A stretch of DNA of 64,000 nt from an uncultured Lachnospiraceae bacterium (GCA_944381615.1 CALWLT010000039.1:34278-98277), one strand, 5' to 3'; shown: positions 19,877 to 29,922, numbered from the stretch's first letter. The notes: generated from the sequence alone by a model not told the origin. Program-made: numbers and translations.

Positions 19877-21205
19877 TCACGGGGTCAGCCGCCGCTGATC
19901 GCGCGGGAACAGGGAGACCTCGCGCACATTCTCTTCCCCCAGAAGCTGCATGGTCATCCGCTCCAGGCCGATCCCCAGGCCCCCGTGGGGCGGCATCCCG
20001 TGGCGAAACGCGGAAAGGTAGGCCTCCATTCCCTCGGTGTCCATGCCCCGCGCGGCGATCCGCTCCGTCAGCATCTTCCAGTCGTGGATGCGCTGTCCGC
20101 CGGTGGTTACCTCCATGCCGCGAAACAGCAGATCAAAGCTTTCCGTTACCTCCGGATCCTCCGGGCTTGGCATCGTGTAAAAGGGGCGCTTGCGGGACGG
20201 ATAATGCGTGACAAACACGAAATCCGCGCCGCATTCTTCCTGAAAGTAACGGCCGATGCGCTGCTCCTCGTCCGGCTCCAGATCATAGGGGCTGCGGATC
20301 GGAACCCCGTATTTTTCCGCCGCCAGCCTGCGGGCCTCGGAAAAACGCACCGCCGGGATGCGGTCCGTCTGCGGAAGGGTTACCCCCAGAAGCGCAAGCT
20401 CCGGGGCGTATTCTGCGCTCAGAAGGCGGGTAAGATAGGCCAGATAGCCGGTCTCCAGCCGCATCAGATCCGTAAAATCCGTCAGGTACGCCATCTCCAG
20501 ATCGAGGCTGACGTACTCGTTTAAATGGCGGCGGGTGTTGTGCTTTTCCGCGCGGAAGACCGGGCCGATCTCCATCACGCGCTCAAAGACGGCGGCCATC
20601 ATCTGCTTGTAAAACTGCGGGCTCTGCGCCAGCACGGCCGGCCGGTGGAAATATTCCAGCCGGAACAGATTGGCTCCGCCCTCCGCGCCGCGGGCCCCGA
20701 TCTTCGGCGTGTGGATCTCCGTGAAGCCCTCCGCCTGCAGATATTCGCGGAACGCCCGGGCGACCCCTTCCTGAATTTTAAAACGGGCCCGCTCACGCAG
20801 GCCGCGAAGCGACAGCGGGCGCAGATCCAGCCGCGTTTCCAGCGAAGCGCCGGACTGCTTTCCGGAAACGGCAATCGGCATCGGCTCGTCCGGGCGCGAG
20901 AGAATCCGGAGTCCGTCGGCGTAAAGCTCCCGCCCTCCGGGCGCCCGCGTCTCCGCGCGGATCACGCCGGAAATTTGCACGCACGCCTCCTTGCTAAGAA
21001 CGGACGGATCCGGCCCGTTCCCCCGCTCAAAGACGGTCTGCAAAATCCCGTCCCGCTTTCGCAGAATGACGAACGTGATCTCGCCCATGTCGCGGATGCG
21101 CTGCACAGCGCCGCAGACGCAGGCTCTCTTTCCCGGCGCGTCTTCTGCCAGGATCTCCTTAAGCTCCCAGGTTTTCTTTTCTTTTTCCGTCGTGATCCAC
21201 TCCAT
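19877..21205 (-). CDS. aspS: Archaeal-type, probably non-discriminating aspartyl-tRNA synthetase
   Basis: About 440 aa with no GAD insertion; LAQSPQFYKQ, FRAEKHNTRRHLNEY, GGQRIHD, PPHGGLGIGLER. The RAPGG loop Pro is typical of ND-AspRS. Operonic with gatCAB. Confidence 0.93.
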   Translation of the reverse strand: MEWITTEKEKKTWELKEILAEDAPGKRACVCGAVQRIRDMGEITFVILRKRDGILQTVFERGNGPDPSVLSKEACVQISGVIRAETRAPGGRELYADGLRILSRPDEPMPIAVSGKQSGASLETRLDLRPLSLRGLRERARFKIQEGVARAFREYLQAEGFTEIHTPKIGARGAEGGANLFRLEYFHRPAVLAQSPQFYKQMMAAVFERVMEIGPVFRAEKHNTRRHLNEYVSLDLEMAYLTDFTDLMRLETGYLAYLTRLLSAEYAPELALLGVTLPQTDRIPAVRFSEARRLAAEKYGVPIRSPYDLEPDEEQRIGRYFQEECGADFVFVTHYPSRKRPFYTMPSPEDPEVTESFDLLFRGMEVTTGGQRIHDWKMLTERIAARGMDTEGMEAYLSAFRHGMPPHGGLGIGLERMTMQLLGEENVREVSLFPRDQRRLTP

Positions 21206-21239
21206 CGCCCGGCCTCCTTTTTGCACCGCATTTCCGGCA

Positions 21240-21355
21240 TAAAAAAAGACAGGGGCGCCATACCTGCGGCGCCCTTGCCCTCGTTTCAGCCGGCTGTCCC
21301 CGGCTGGCCTGATTCAATTATGGCTCATAATACCGTATTTTTTTTCTCCTGTAAA
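21240..21355 (-). promoter_or_regulatory. aspS-gatCAB promoter with leader terminator and ANTAR-like hairpin
   Basis: TTTACA-17 nt-TATTAT, hairpin CAGCCGG/CCGGCTG, then GGC-AAGGGC-GCC overlapping the terminator GGGCGCC...GGCGCCCCTGTCTTTTTTT. Confidence 0.7.
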
Positions 21356-21405
21356 GCGTTTTTTTGAAATTCCCGCAAATTTTTTTTAAAAATTCCTGAA
21401 AGGCG

Positions 21406-21433
21406 TTGACATTGCCCCCCTCTGTCATATAAT
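21406..21433 (+). promoter_or_regulatory. SigA-type promoter of glmS
   Basis: TTGACA-16 nt-TATAAT. Confidence 0.8.
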
Positions 21434-21495
21434 TTATCTGTATCAAACTTTTTTCATCATAAACATAAGAAAACATTTCAGATGGAGGAAAACCT

Positions 21496-23328
21496 ATGTG
21501 TGGAATTGTTGGCTATATCGGCGGGGAGCAGGCGGCTCCGATTCTGCTGAACGGCCTTACCAAACTGGAATACCGCGGCTATGACTCTGCCGGGATCGCC
21601 GTGTTCGACGGCCGTGAGATCCGGATGGAGAAGGTGTCCGGCCGCCTGCAGCGGCTGAAGGAGGCGACGGGAAACGGAGCCGCGCTTCCGGGCACCATCG
21701 GCATCGGCCACACCAGATGGGCCACCCACGGCAGCCCGTCCGATACGAACGCCCATCCCCATTTTAATAAAGACCGCTCGATCGTCGTCGTGCACAACGG
21801 CATCATCGAGAATTACGTCCGGCTCAAGCAGCACCTGGAAAAGCACGGCTACGAGTTTGTCTCCGAGACGGACACCGAGGTGCTGGCGCATCTGCTCGAC
21901 TACTATTACGGGCGCACGAAAAATCCGCTGTCCGCGCTCTGCCGCGTCATGCAGAAGGTGGAGGGATCCTACGCGCTGGGAATCCTGTTTAAAGATTACC
22001 CGGACACGATCTACGCCGCCAGAAAGGACAGCCCGCTGATCGTCGGCAGCAGCCGGGACGGCAATTTTATCGCCTCCGACGTTCCCGCCATCCTGCAGTA
22101 CACGCGCGACGTCTTCTACATGGAGAATGAGGAGATCGCCGTGCTGACCCGGGACGTCGTCTCCTTCTACAGCATGGACGAGGAGCCGGTGGAGAAGTCT
22201 CCCGTCCACATCGACTGGGATGTAAACGCGGCCGAAAAGGGCGGCTATGAACACTTCCTCTTAAAGGAGATTTACGAACAGCCCCGCGCCGTCCGCGATA
22301 CCTTAAGCCCCCGCATCCGCGGCGGGCAGATTGTCATCGAGGAGCTCGGCATGAGCGACGAGGAGATCCGCTCCATCGACAAGATCATGATCGTGGCCTG
22401 CGGCTCCGCCTACCACACCGGCGTCATGGCAAAATACATTTTCGAGGGCGTCGCCCGCGTACCCGTCGAGGTCGATCTGGCGTCCGAGTACCGCTACCGC
22501 GATCCGATCTTCGGCGCGCGCACGCTGGTCATCGTCGTCAGCCAGTCGGGCGAGACGGCCGATTCCCTGGCGGCGCTTCGCGAATCACGCGCGCACGGAC
22601 AGAAAGTCCTGGGCATTGTCAACGTGGTGGGAAGCTCCATCGCCCGCGAGGCCGACAACGTCATGTACACCTGGGCCGGACCGGAGATCTCCGTCGCCAC
22701 GACCAAGGCCTACAGCGCCCAGCTGGCGGCCTTCTACCTGCTGGCCATGAAGTTCGGCCAGGCGCGCGGCGCGCTTGAGGACAGCGTCTTTTCTGAGATG
22801 CTGGCCAGCCTGGAAAAGCTTCCGGATCAGATGGAGGAGATCCTGAAAAACCGCGAGAGCATCCAGCGCTTTGCCAACCGCTATCTGGCCGCCGAGCACA
22901 TTTTCTTTATCGGCCGCGGAATCGACTACGCCATCTCGATGGAGGGTTCCCTGAAGTTAAAGGAGATCTCCTATATCCACTCGGAGGCGTATGCGGCCGG
23001 CGAGCTCAAGCACGGCACCATCTCGCTGATCGAAGAGGGGACGCTGGTGGTGGCTGTCGCGACGCAGGAGAAGCTCTACCTGAAAATGACCAGCAACATC
23101 GAGGAGGTCAAAACCCGGGGCGCGTTTGTGATGGCTCTGACCAACGAGGGCAACAAAGACATCGAGAAGGTCTCGGATTTTACCCTGTACGTGCCAGAGA
23201 CCAACCGCTACTTCGCCGGTTCCCTGGCCATCATCCCGCTGCAGCTCTTCGCCTACTACGTTTCGCTGGGCCGCGGCCTCGACGTCGACAAGCCCCGCAA
23301 CCTGGCCAAATCGGTCACGGTGGAATAA
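21496..23328 (+). CDS. glmS: Glutamine--fructose-6-phosphate aminotransferase
   Basis: MCGIVG N-terminal Cys, LEYRGYDSAG, GHTRWATHG, SQSGETAD, VDKPRNLAKSVTVE C-terminus. Confidence 0.99.
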   Translation: MCGIVGYIGGEQAAPILLNGLTKLEYRGYDSAGIAVFDGREIRMEKVSGRLQRLKEATGNGAALPGTIGIGHTRWATHGSPSDTNAHPHFNKDRSIVVVHNGIIENYVRLKQHLEKHGYEFVSETDTEVLAHLLDYYYGRTKNPLSALCRVMQKVEGSYALGILFKDYPDTIYAARKDSPLIVGSSRDGNFIASDVPAILQYTRDVFYMENEEIAVLTRDVVSFYSMDEEPVEKSPVHIDWDVNAAEKGGYEHFLLKEIYEQPRAVRDTLSPRIRGGQIVIEELGMSDEEIRSIDKIMIVACGSAYHTGVMAKYIFEGVARVPVEVDLASEYRYRDPIFGARTLVIVVSQSGETADSLAALRESRAHGQKVLGIVNVVGSSIAREADNVMYTWAGPEISVATTKAYSAQLAAFYLLAMKFGQARGALEDSVFSEMLASLEKLPDQMEEILKNRESIQRFANRYLAAEHIFFIGRGIDYAISMEGSLKLKEISYIHSEAYAAGELKHGTISLIEEGTLVVAVATQEKLYLKMTSNIEEVKTRGAFVMALTNEGNKDIEKVSDFTLYVPETNRYFAGSLAIIPLQLFAYYVSLGRGLDVDKPRNLAKSVTVE

Positions 23329-23369
23329 CCGCCGGCAGCGGGCAGAACAAAAAAACGCGAAAAAAAAGA

Positions 23370-23450
23370 TTGACATCCCGTTTTTTTCGTGTATACTAAC
23401 AACCATAAAAGCAAAGGCGCTTCGGATTTCCGGGGCGCCTTCTCTTTTTT
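23370..23450 (+). promoter_or_regulatory. glnA promoter with ANTAR-like hairpin overlapping a leader terminator
   Basis: TTGACA-16 nt-TATACT; AAGC-AAAGGC-GCTT (23409-23422) overlaps the 5' arm of AAGGCGCTTCGG...CCGGGGCGCCTTCTCTTTTTT. Confidence 0.75.
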
Positions 23451-23493
23451 CCGGAAAAAAGTCCCCCGCAAACCAGGCTGAAAGGAGACGCAT

Positions 23494-25593
23494 ATGAAAA
23501 AAGATATCCCTGAACTTTACGGCAGCCTCGTTTTTCACGACAGGGTCATGAGAAACAAGCTCCCGCGCGACGTCTACCGGGCGCTGCAAAAGACCATCGA
23601 AACCGGCAGCCACCTGGAACTCGACGTGGCCAACGCCGTGGCGGTCGCCATGAAGGAGTGGGCCGTGGAACACGGAGCCACCCATTTCACGCACTGGTTC
23701 CAGCCCATGACCGGTATCACGGCGGAAAAGCATGACAGCTTCATCCATCCGCTGGGAAACGGGGAGGTCATCATGGACTTTTCCGGAAAAGAACTGGTAA
23801 AGGGCGAACCGGACGCTTCCAGCTTCCCCTCCGGCGGCCTGCGGGCCACGTTCGAGGCCAGAGGCTACACCGCCTGGGATCCGACCTCTCCCGCCTTTAT
23901 CAAGGACGGCACGCTCTGCATTCCCACCGCCTTCTGTTCCTACAGCGGGGAGGCGCTGGACACCAAGACGCCGCTGCTGCGCTCGATGGAGGCCGTCAAC
24001 CGCGAGGCGCTGCGCCTTCTCTCCCTGCTCGGCCGCACGGACGTGACCCGCGTCTTTTCCACGGTCGGGCCGGAGCAGGAATATTTCCTGGTCGACCGTG
24101 AGCAGTTTCTTGCGCGAAACGACCTGCGCTTCTGCGGCCGCACGCTTTTCGGCGCGCCGGCGCCCAAGGGACAGGAAATGGACGACCATTATTTCGGCGT
24201 CATCCGTCCCCGCGTCTCGGCTTTTATGAAAGAGCTGGATGAAGAGCTGTGGAAACTGGGGATCCCCGCCAAGACGAAGCACAACGAGGTAGCTCCGGCC
24301 CAGCATGAGCTGGCGACGGTCTTTACCATCGCCAACGTAGCCGTGGACAATAACCAGCTGACGATGGAGCTGATGAAGCGGGTGGCGGAACGCCACGGCC
24401 TCGTCTGCCTGCTGCACGAAAAACCGTTCGCGGGCATCAATGGGAGCGGCAAGCACAACAACTGGTCCCTGGCGACCGATTCCGGGGAAAATCTGCTGGA
24501 GCCGGGAGCGGATCCGGAGAAAAATCTTTCCTTCCTGCTCTTTTTCTGCGCCGTCATCCAGGCCGTGGACGATTACGGCGATCTGCTCCGCCTGAGCGTG
24601 GCGACCGCCGGCAACGATCACCGCCTGGGCGGCAATGAGGCTCCGCCCGCCATCGTCTCCATGTTCATCGGCGAAGATCTGGCCGGCGTCCTCACGCGCA
24701 TCGAAGAAGGCAGAGAACCGCAGGCCGGCGAAACGGTAACCATGACGGCCGGCGCGCGCGTGCTGCCGCATTTTGTAAAGGATACGACGGACCGCAACCG
24801 CACGTCCCCCTTCGCCTTTACCGGCAACAAATTTGAATTCCGCATGCCCGGCTCCGCCCTATCGGCGGCCGAGCCCAATATCGTGCTGAACACGGCCGTC
24901 GCGGACGTGCTGCGGGAATTTGCAGGCCGGCTTGAACCGTATCACGAAAACGGGTTTGCAGAGGCGGCGCGGGAACTTTTAAGAGACGTCATCCGCCGCC
25001 ACCGCCGCATCATCTTCAACGGCAACGGCTATGCAGAGGAATGGGTAAAGGAAGCGCACCGCCGCGGCCTCTCTGATCTTTCCGACTGCGCGAAAAGCTT
25101 TCCGCGGATCCTGGAGGAGAAAAACAGTTCCCTCTTTCTGCGCCACGGCGTCTATACCCGCAAAGAGCTTCTCGCCCGCCACGAGATCCGGGAGGAAACG
25201 TACGCGGGCACGCTGCGCATTGAGGCAAGAACCATGATCTCCATGATGCGAAAGACGTTCCTGCCCTGTCTGCGCGCCGCGATCCGCGAGCTTTCTGAAA
25301 CCGAGCGGGAGGGCGCTCCCCTGCTCTCTGATTCCGCCGCCGAAACGCTCCGGACACAGCTTGAAGACCTGGGCTCTGCCTATGAGGCGATCTGGAAGAA
25401 AACCGAGCGGCTGGCCGCCTGCGAAGAGGAAGCGGATGCCATGGAAACCGGCCCTGAAAAGATAGCTTTCTACCACGATACGGTTCTCTGCGCGATGGAG
25501 GATCTGCGGCGCGATGTGGACCGGGCCGAACCGTTAATCCCCGCATCGCTCTTAACCTATCCCACCTACGATCAGCTCCTGTTTTCCGTATAG
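23494..25593 (+). CDS. glnA: Glutamine synthetase type III
   Basis: 699 aa; [85 protein letters not shown]. Confidence 0.97.
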   Translation: MKKDIPELYGSLVFHDRVMRNKLPRDVYRALQKTIETGSHLELDVANAVAVAMKEWAVEHGATHFTHWFQPMTGITAEKHDSFIHPLGNGEVIMDFSGKELVKGEPDASSFPSGGLRATFEARGYTAWDPTSPAFIKDGTLCIPTAFCSYSGEALDTKTPLLRSMEAVNREALRLLSLLGRTDVTRVFSTVGPEQEYFLVDREQFLARNDLRFCGRTLFGAPAPKGQEMDDHYFGVIRPRVSAFMKELDEELWKLGIPAKTKHNEVAPAQHELATVFTIANVAVDNNQLTMELMKRVAERHGLVCLLHEKPFAGINGSGKHNNWSLATDSGENLLEPGADPEKNLSFLLFFCAVIQAVDDYGDLLRLSVATAGNDHRLGGNEAPPAIVSMFIGEDLAGVLTRIEEGREPQAGETVTMTAGARVLPHFVKDTTDRNRTSPFAFTGNKFEFRMPGSALSAAEPNIVLNTAVADVLREFAGRLEPYHENGFAEAARELLRDVIRRHRRIIFNGNGYAEEWVKEAHRRGLSDLSDCAKSFPRILEEKNSSLFLRHGVYTRKELLARHEIREETYAGTLRIEARTMISMMRKTFLPCLRAAIRELSETEREGAPLLSDSAAETLRTQLEDLGSAYEAIWKKTERLAACEEEADAMETGPEKIAFYHDTVLCAMEDLRRDVDRAEPLIPASLLTYPTYDQLLFSV

Positions 25594-25600
25594 AACGGCA

Positions 25601-25690
25601 GGCGCGGCATGTGCTGCATGCCGCGCCCGCAAGAAACCGGAATCCCTCTTCTGATCAGATACGGCAGGAAGCTCTGCTTCCTGCCGCATC
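25601..25690. terminator. Two GC-rich hairpins between convergent glnA and codY
   Basis: GGCGCGGCATG/CATGCCGCGCC and GATACGGCAGGAAG/CTTCCTGCCGCATC. Confidence 0.6.
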
Positions 25691-25748
25691 CTCTTACCGG
25701 TCAGCCGGTCTCTTCTCTTTTCTTTTCCCGTACCCGGAAAATCGCTTC

Positions 25749-26528
25749 CTATTTGTTCTCGGCCTTCAGGGCCTTCAGCTCGTCGAAGACCACGTCGTTT
25801 AACACCTTGATGTAGGTTCCCTTCATGCCCGAGGAACGCGATTCGATCACGCCGGCGCTCTCAAACTTGCGCAGCGCGTTGACAATGACCGAGCGCGTGA
25901 TGCCGACCCGATCGGCGATCTTGCTGGCGACCAGGATCCCCTCGTTGCCCTCCAGCTCGTCGAAAATGTGGGTAATCGCCTCCAGCTCCGAGAACGAAAG
26001 CGTGCTGATGGCCGACTTGACAATCTGGATCTTGCGCGTCTCCTCCGCGTTCTCTTCATTGACCGAACGCATCATCTCCAGGCCGACCACCGTCGTCCCG
26101 TACTCGCTCAGAATGATGTCGTCAATGTCGTACTGCGCGTCGGACTTATAGATAAACAGCGTTCCCAGTCTCTCGCCGGAAATATCAATCGGCGTGATGA
26201 TCGCCTGATATTTCTTCACGTTTTCTTCCGCAAACCCAAGAGTAGCAAGGTTCACATTCTCTTTGGTGGACAAAACGCTCAGGAGACGTTCATTCAGCAT
26301 CCGATCGACAAAGCCTCCGACCTGATCCTCGATCAGCTCTTCGATCTCGTCGATCCCGGGATGAATGGCGACGCCCAGCACCTTGCCCTTCTTGCTGATG
26401 ACCAGAATATTCGATTCCAGTATCTCGCTGAGGACTTCGCAGATATCGTTGAAAACCACCTTGTGCGAATGATTGTTATGCAACAATTTGTTGATCTTGC
26501 GAGTTTTGTCCAGCAACTGAACGCTCAT
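25749..26528 (-). CDS. codY: GTP/BCAA-sensing transcriptional repressor CodY
   Basis: LL.KTRKINKLL GAF domain; TLSFSELEA, ASKIADRVGITRSVIVNALRKFESAGVIESRS.GMKGTYIK. Confidence 0.99.
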   Translation of the reverse strand: MSVQLLDKTRKINKLLHNNHSHKVVFNDICEVLSEILESNILVISKKGKVLGVAIHPGIDEIEELIEDQVGGFVDRMLNERLLSVLSTKENVNLATLGFAEENVKKYQAIITPIDISGERLGTLFIYKSDAQYDIDDIILSEYGTTVVGLEMMRSVNEENAEETRKIQIVKSAISTLSFSELEAITHIFDELEGNEGILVASKIADRVGITRSVIVNALRKFESAGVIESRSSGMKGTYIKVLNDVVFDELKALKAENK

Positions 26529-26589
26529 TTCGCAGCTACCTCCTTTGCCTTATCTTGGTATATTAAAAATTCTTTTATAACCTGTAAAA

Positions 26590-26618
26590 ATTGTAACACG
26601 ATTACAAGATAATGGCAA
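26590..26618 (-). promoter_or_regulatory. codY promoter with overlapping palindrome
   Basis: TTGCCA-17 nt-TACAAT with TG; palindrome TTGTAA-N5-TTACAA at 26591-26607. Confidence 0.7.
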
Positions 26619-26663
26619 GAGTTTTTCTGGATTTTTCAAATTTTTTAATAATAAATATTGTTT

Positions 26664-28736
26664 TTACTGTGTTTTAACAAATCCGCAGGATTTATTGGAA
26701 CATTGCAGCTTGTTCCCTTTTTCCAGCATCATTTGCCCGCATTTTGGACACTTCTCGGCCGAGGGCTTCTGCCAGCTCATAAAATCGCAGTCCGGGTTGT
26801 CGATGCAGCCGTAATAGCGACGTCCCTTCTTCGATTTGCGCACCACGATGTCCTTGCCGCATTTGGGGCAGGGAACGCCGATCTTCTCCAGATACGGTCG
26901 GGTGTTTTTGCACTCCGGGAATCCCGGGCAGGCCAGGAATTTCCCGTGCGGGCCGTACTTGATGACCATGTGGCGCCCGCAGAGCTCGCAGATCTCGTCC
27001 GTCTCCTCGTCCGCAATCTTGACGGACTCCAGCCGGGACTGCGCCTCCCGGACCGCCGCCGCCAGATCGGGATAAAAGTTTTCAATGACCGTCTTCCACG
27101 ACACGCTGCCGTCCCCGATGCGATCCAGCAGATATTCCATGTTGGCCGTGAACGTCAGATCGACGATCGAGGGGAACGCCTGCTTCATCATCCCGTTGAC
27201 GACCTCGCCCAGCTCCGTCACATAGAGATTCTTATTCTCCTTGACGACGTAGCGCCTGGCAAGGATGGTCGTGATGGTCGGCGCATAGGTGCTGGGACGG
27301 CCGATCCCCTGTTCCTCCAGGGCCCGGACCAGCGACGCCTCCGTATAGTGCGCCGGCGGCTGGGTAAAATGCTGCTCGGTCTCCAGCTTCTCCGGCGTCA
27401 GAAGCATCCCCTTTTCCAGCTTTTCCGACAGCGCGCCGCCCTCTTCCTTCTCCTCGTCCGGCGTATAGACGGAAAGGAAGCCGTCGAATTTGATGCGCGA
27501 ACCGGAGAGCGTGAACTGATGGCGGCCCGCCGCGATCCGCACGGAGGTCGTCTCGTAGACGGCCGGGCGCATCCGGCTGGCCGCGAAGCGCTTCCAGATC
27601 AGCTGGTAAAGCCGGAACAGATCCCGCGACAGATCCTCCTTGACCAGGACCGGCGTCAGGGAGATATCGGTGGGACGGATCGCCTCGTGCGCGTCCTGCA
27701 CCTTGCCGCCGCTTTTGCGGACCGCCGCCTCGCCTGAGGCCACATACGGCGCTCCGAAATGCGCTTCGATATAGGAGCGGGCCGCCGCGTCCGCCTCGGC
27801 CGCCACGCGCGTGGAATCGGTACGCAGGTAGGTAATCAGACCGATGGTGCCGTGCCCCTTGATATCGACGCCCTCATAGAGCTGCTGTGCCAGCCGCATG
27901 GTTTTCTGGGTGGAAAAATTCAGCGTGCGCGACGCTTCCTGCTGCAGCGTACTGGTCGTAAAGGGGATCGGCGCCTTGCGGATCCGCTCGCCCGTCTTTA
28001 TCTCGCTTACCTCATAGGTTGCGCCCTCCAGCTCCGCCACCAGCTGATCCATCTGCTCTTTGCCCGCGATGGTCTTCTTTCCGTCCCCGTCGCCGTAATA
28101 GCGGGCCGTGACCTTCTGGCGCGTGCCCTGAATCTTCAGCTTCGCGTCCAGCGTCCAGTATTCCTCCGGAATGAACGAATTGATCTCGTCCTCCCGGTCA
28201 CAGATCATGCGCAGCGCGACCGACTGGACGCGGCCGGCGCTCAGGCCCCGCTTTACCTTGGCCCAGAGAAGGGGGCTGATCAGGTAGCCCACCATCCGGT
28301 CCAGCATCCGCCTGGCCTGCTGCGCGTCCACCAGGTTCATGTCGATCGAGCGCGGTTCCTTCAGGGAAGCCTTGACTGCATTTTTCGTGATCTCGTTAAA
28401 GCTGATGCGGTAAACCTTCTTGTCTTTGGCCTCGTCCAGCTTCAGCGCCTTCGCCAGGTGCCAGGAGATTGCCTCTCCCTCCCGGTCCGGGTCGGTGGCC
28501 AGATAAATCTTATCCGCTTTTTTTACTTCCCTGCGCAGGCGGGCCAGCGTATCGCCCTTGCCGCGGATCGTAATATATTTCGGCTCATAGTCATGCTCTA
28601 CATCAATCCCCAGCTGGCTCTTGGGAAGATCCCGCACATGGCCGCCCGAGGCGTCCACCTCGTAATTTGAGCCGAGAAATTTTTTGATCGTCTTAACCTT
28701 GGCCGGCGATTCTACGATTACCAGATTCTTTGACAT
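26664..28736 (-). CDS. topA: DNA topoisomerase I
   Basis: LVIVESPAK, ATDPDREGEAI, SAGRVQS, GLITYLRTDS (catalytic Tyr), C-terminal Zn ribbons. Confidence 0.99.
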   Translation of the reverse strand: MSKNLVIVESPAKVKTIKKFLGSNYEVDASGGHVRDLPKSQLGIDVEHDYEPKYITIRGKGDTLARLRREVKKADKIYLATDPDREGEAISWHLAKALKLDEAKDKKVYRISFNEITKNAVKASLKEPRSIDMNLVDAQQARRMLDRMVGYLISPLLWAKVKRGLSAGRVQSVALRMICDREDEINSFIPEEYWTLDAKLKIQGTRQKVTARYYGDGDGKKTIAGKEQMDQLVAELEGATYEVSEIKTGERIRKAPIPFTTSTLQQEASRTLNFSTQKTMRLAQQLYEGVDIKGHGTIGLITYLRTDSTRVAAEADAAARSYIEAHFGAPYVASGEAAVRKSGGKVQDAHEAIRPTDISLTPVLVKEDLSRDLFRLYQLIWKRFAASRMRPAVYETTSVRIAAGRHQFTLSGSRIKFDGFLSVYTPDEEKEEGGALSEKLEKGMLLTPEKLETEQHFTQPPAHYTEASLVRALEEQGIGRPSTYAPTITTILARRYVVKENKNLYVTELGEVVNGMMKQAFPSIVDLTFTANMEYLLDRIGDGSVSWKTVIENFYPDLAAAVREAQSRLESVKIADEETDEICELCGRHMVIKYGPHGKFLACPGFPECKNTRPYLEKIGVPCPKCGKDIVVRKSKKGRRYYGCIDNPDCDFMSWQKPSAEKCPKCGQMMLEKGNKLQCSNKSCGFVKTQ

Positions 28737-28745
28737 GACAGACTC

Positions 28746-29897
28746 CTACTCCAACTTCCTCACGTAATACTGATTCGCAGGCTGCAGGGCCAGACCCCGC
28801 AGCTCCAGCTGATGGAGCGCCAGCAGGCACTCCCCCGCTCCCAGCCCGCTGCGCGCCATAAGCTCTTCCGTGTGGCGGGGCTGTGAATCCAAGCAACTAT
28901 ACACCATTTTTTCCGTCTTGGCAAGTGTATTTCCTGATTTTTCTTTACTTTTTATTGAGTTTTTACATTTTATATGGAAGAAATCCAGAATATCTTCCGG
29001 CTCGGTCACAATGGCGGCCCCCTGGCGGATCAGGCGGTTGCAGCCGGCGCTTAACGGATCGATCCGCCGCCCCGGAAGCGCGCAGACCTCCCGTCCCTGC
29101 TCCAGCGCCAGGTCGGCCGTGATCAGGGAACCGCTCTTTTTTCTGGCCTCGACGACAATGACCAGATCGGAAAGACCGCTGATCAGGCGGTTGCGCACCG
29201 GGAAATGCGGCGCAAGCGGCGGTTCCCCCGGCCCGTACTCGGAAAGAATGCCGCCGCGCCCGGACAGGGCCTCATAGATGTCCCGGCTGGCCCGGGGATA
29301 GCAGAGATCCGGCCCGCAGCCCAGAACGGCAAAGGTATCGCCACCGGCCGCCAGCGCGCCGCGGTGCGCCGCCTGATCCACGCCCAGCGCCATGCCGCTT
29401 ATGACCTGGACGCCGTGCTCCGCCAGCAGGCGACCGATGTATTCCGCTTCCTGACGGCCGTATGGGCTGCAGCTGCGCGCCCCGACGACGGCGGCGCACG
29501 GCCGGTCCCCGGCGGGGAGTCTGCCTTTCACGAACAGCCACACAGGCATATCATAAATATTCTCAAGCCGGCGCGGATATGCCGCCTCGCCGGCAAGCAG
29601 CAGCGAGATCCCCAGCCTGTCCAGCCCTTCAAATTCCACCCTTCTTTGCTCCAGCTGCCCCCGGGCCGCGGCGATCGCGCGGCCGGTTTTCTCCCCCAGA
29701 AAAGAAAGCGCGGTAAGTTTTGTCTCATCCATATGATAGATTGCCTCAAAACTGCCCGCGTATTCATAGAGTTTTCCCGCCCGTTTCGCGCCCACGCCCT
29801 CGATGCGGCTGAGCCAGTAGGCGAAAAAGCGCTCCCGCCGGCTGTATTCCCGTTTCCTCTCCTCCTGTCTCTCCTCCTGTGTTCTCTCCCCCGTCAT
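28746..29897 (-). CDS. dprA: DNA-processing protein DprA
   Basis: AVVGAR..S.YG, ISGMA.GVD..AH, FP.RNRLISGLS, SGSLITA..ALEQGREV.ALPG, GCN.LI.QGA, C-terminal wHTH. Confidence 0.96.
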   Translation of the reverse strand: MTGERTQEERQEERKREYSRRERFFAYWLSRIEGVGAKRAGKLYEYAGSFEAIYHMDETKLTALSFLGEKTGRAIAAARGQLEQRRVEFEGLDRLGISLLLAGEAAYPRRLENIYDMPVWLFVKGRLPAGDRPCAAVVGARSCSPYGRQEAEYIGRLLAEHGVQVISGMALGVDQAAHRGALAAGGDTFAVLGCGPDLCYPRASRDIYEALSGRGGILSEYGPGEPPLAPHFPVRNRLISGLSDLVIVVEARKKSGSLITADLALEQGREVCALPGRRIDPLSAGCNRLIRQGAAIVTEPEDILDFFHIKCKNSIKSKEKSGNTLAKTEKMVYSCLDSQPRHTEELMARSGLGAGECLLALHQLELRGLALQPANQYYVRKLE

Positions 29898-29922
29898 AGC
29901 CAATCCTCCTTCCGGCTTCTCT

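Noticed and set aside
21312-21326. Mini-ORF MSHN* in the aspS leader as a possible leader peptide
   Set aside because: Its ATG overlaps the predicted -10 box, so it would not be transcribed, and it has no RBS.
21366-21405. CodY-box-like AT-rich sequences between aspS and glmS and upstream of codY
   Set aside because: Four or more mismatches to AATTTTCWGAAAATT; not distinguishable from AT-rich promoter background by eye.
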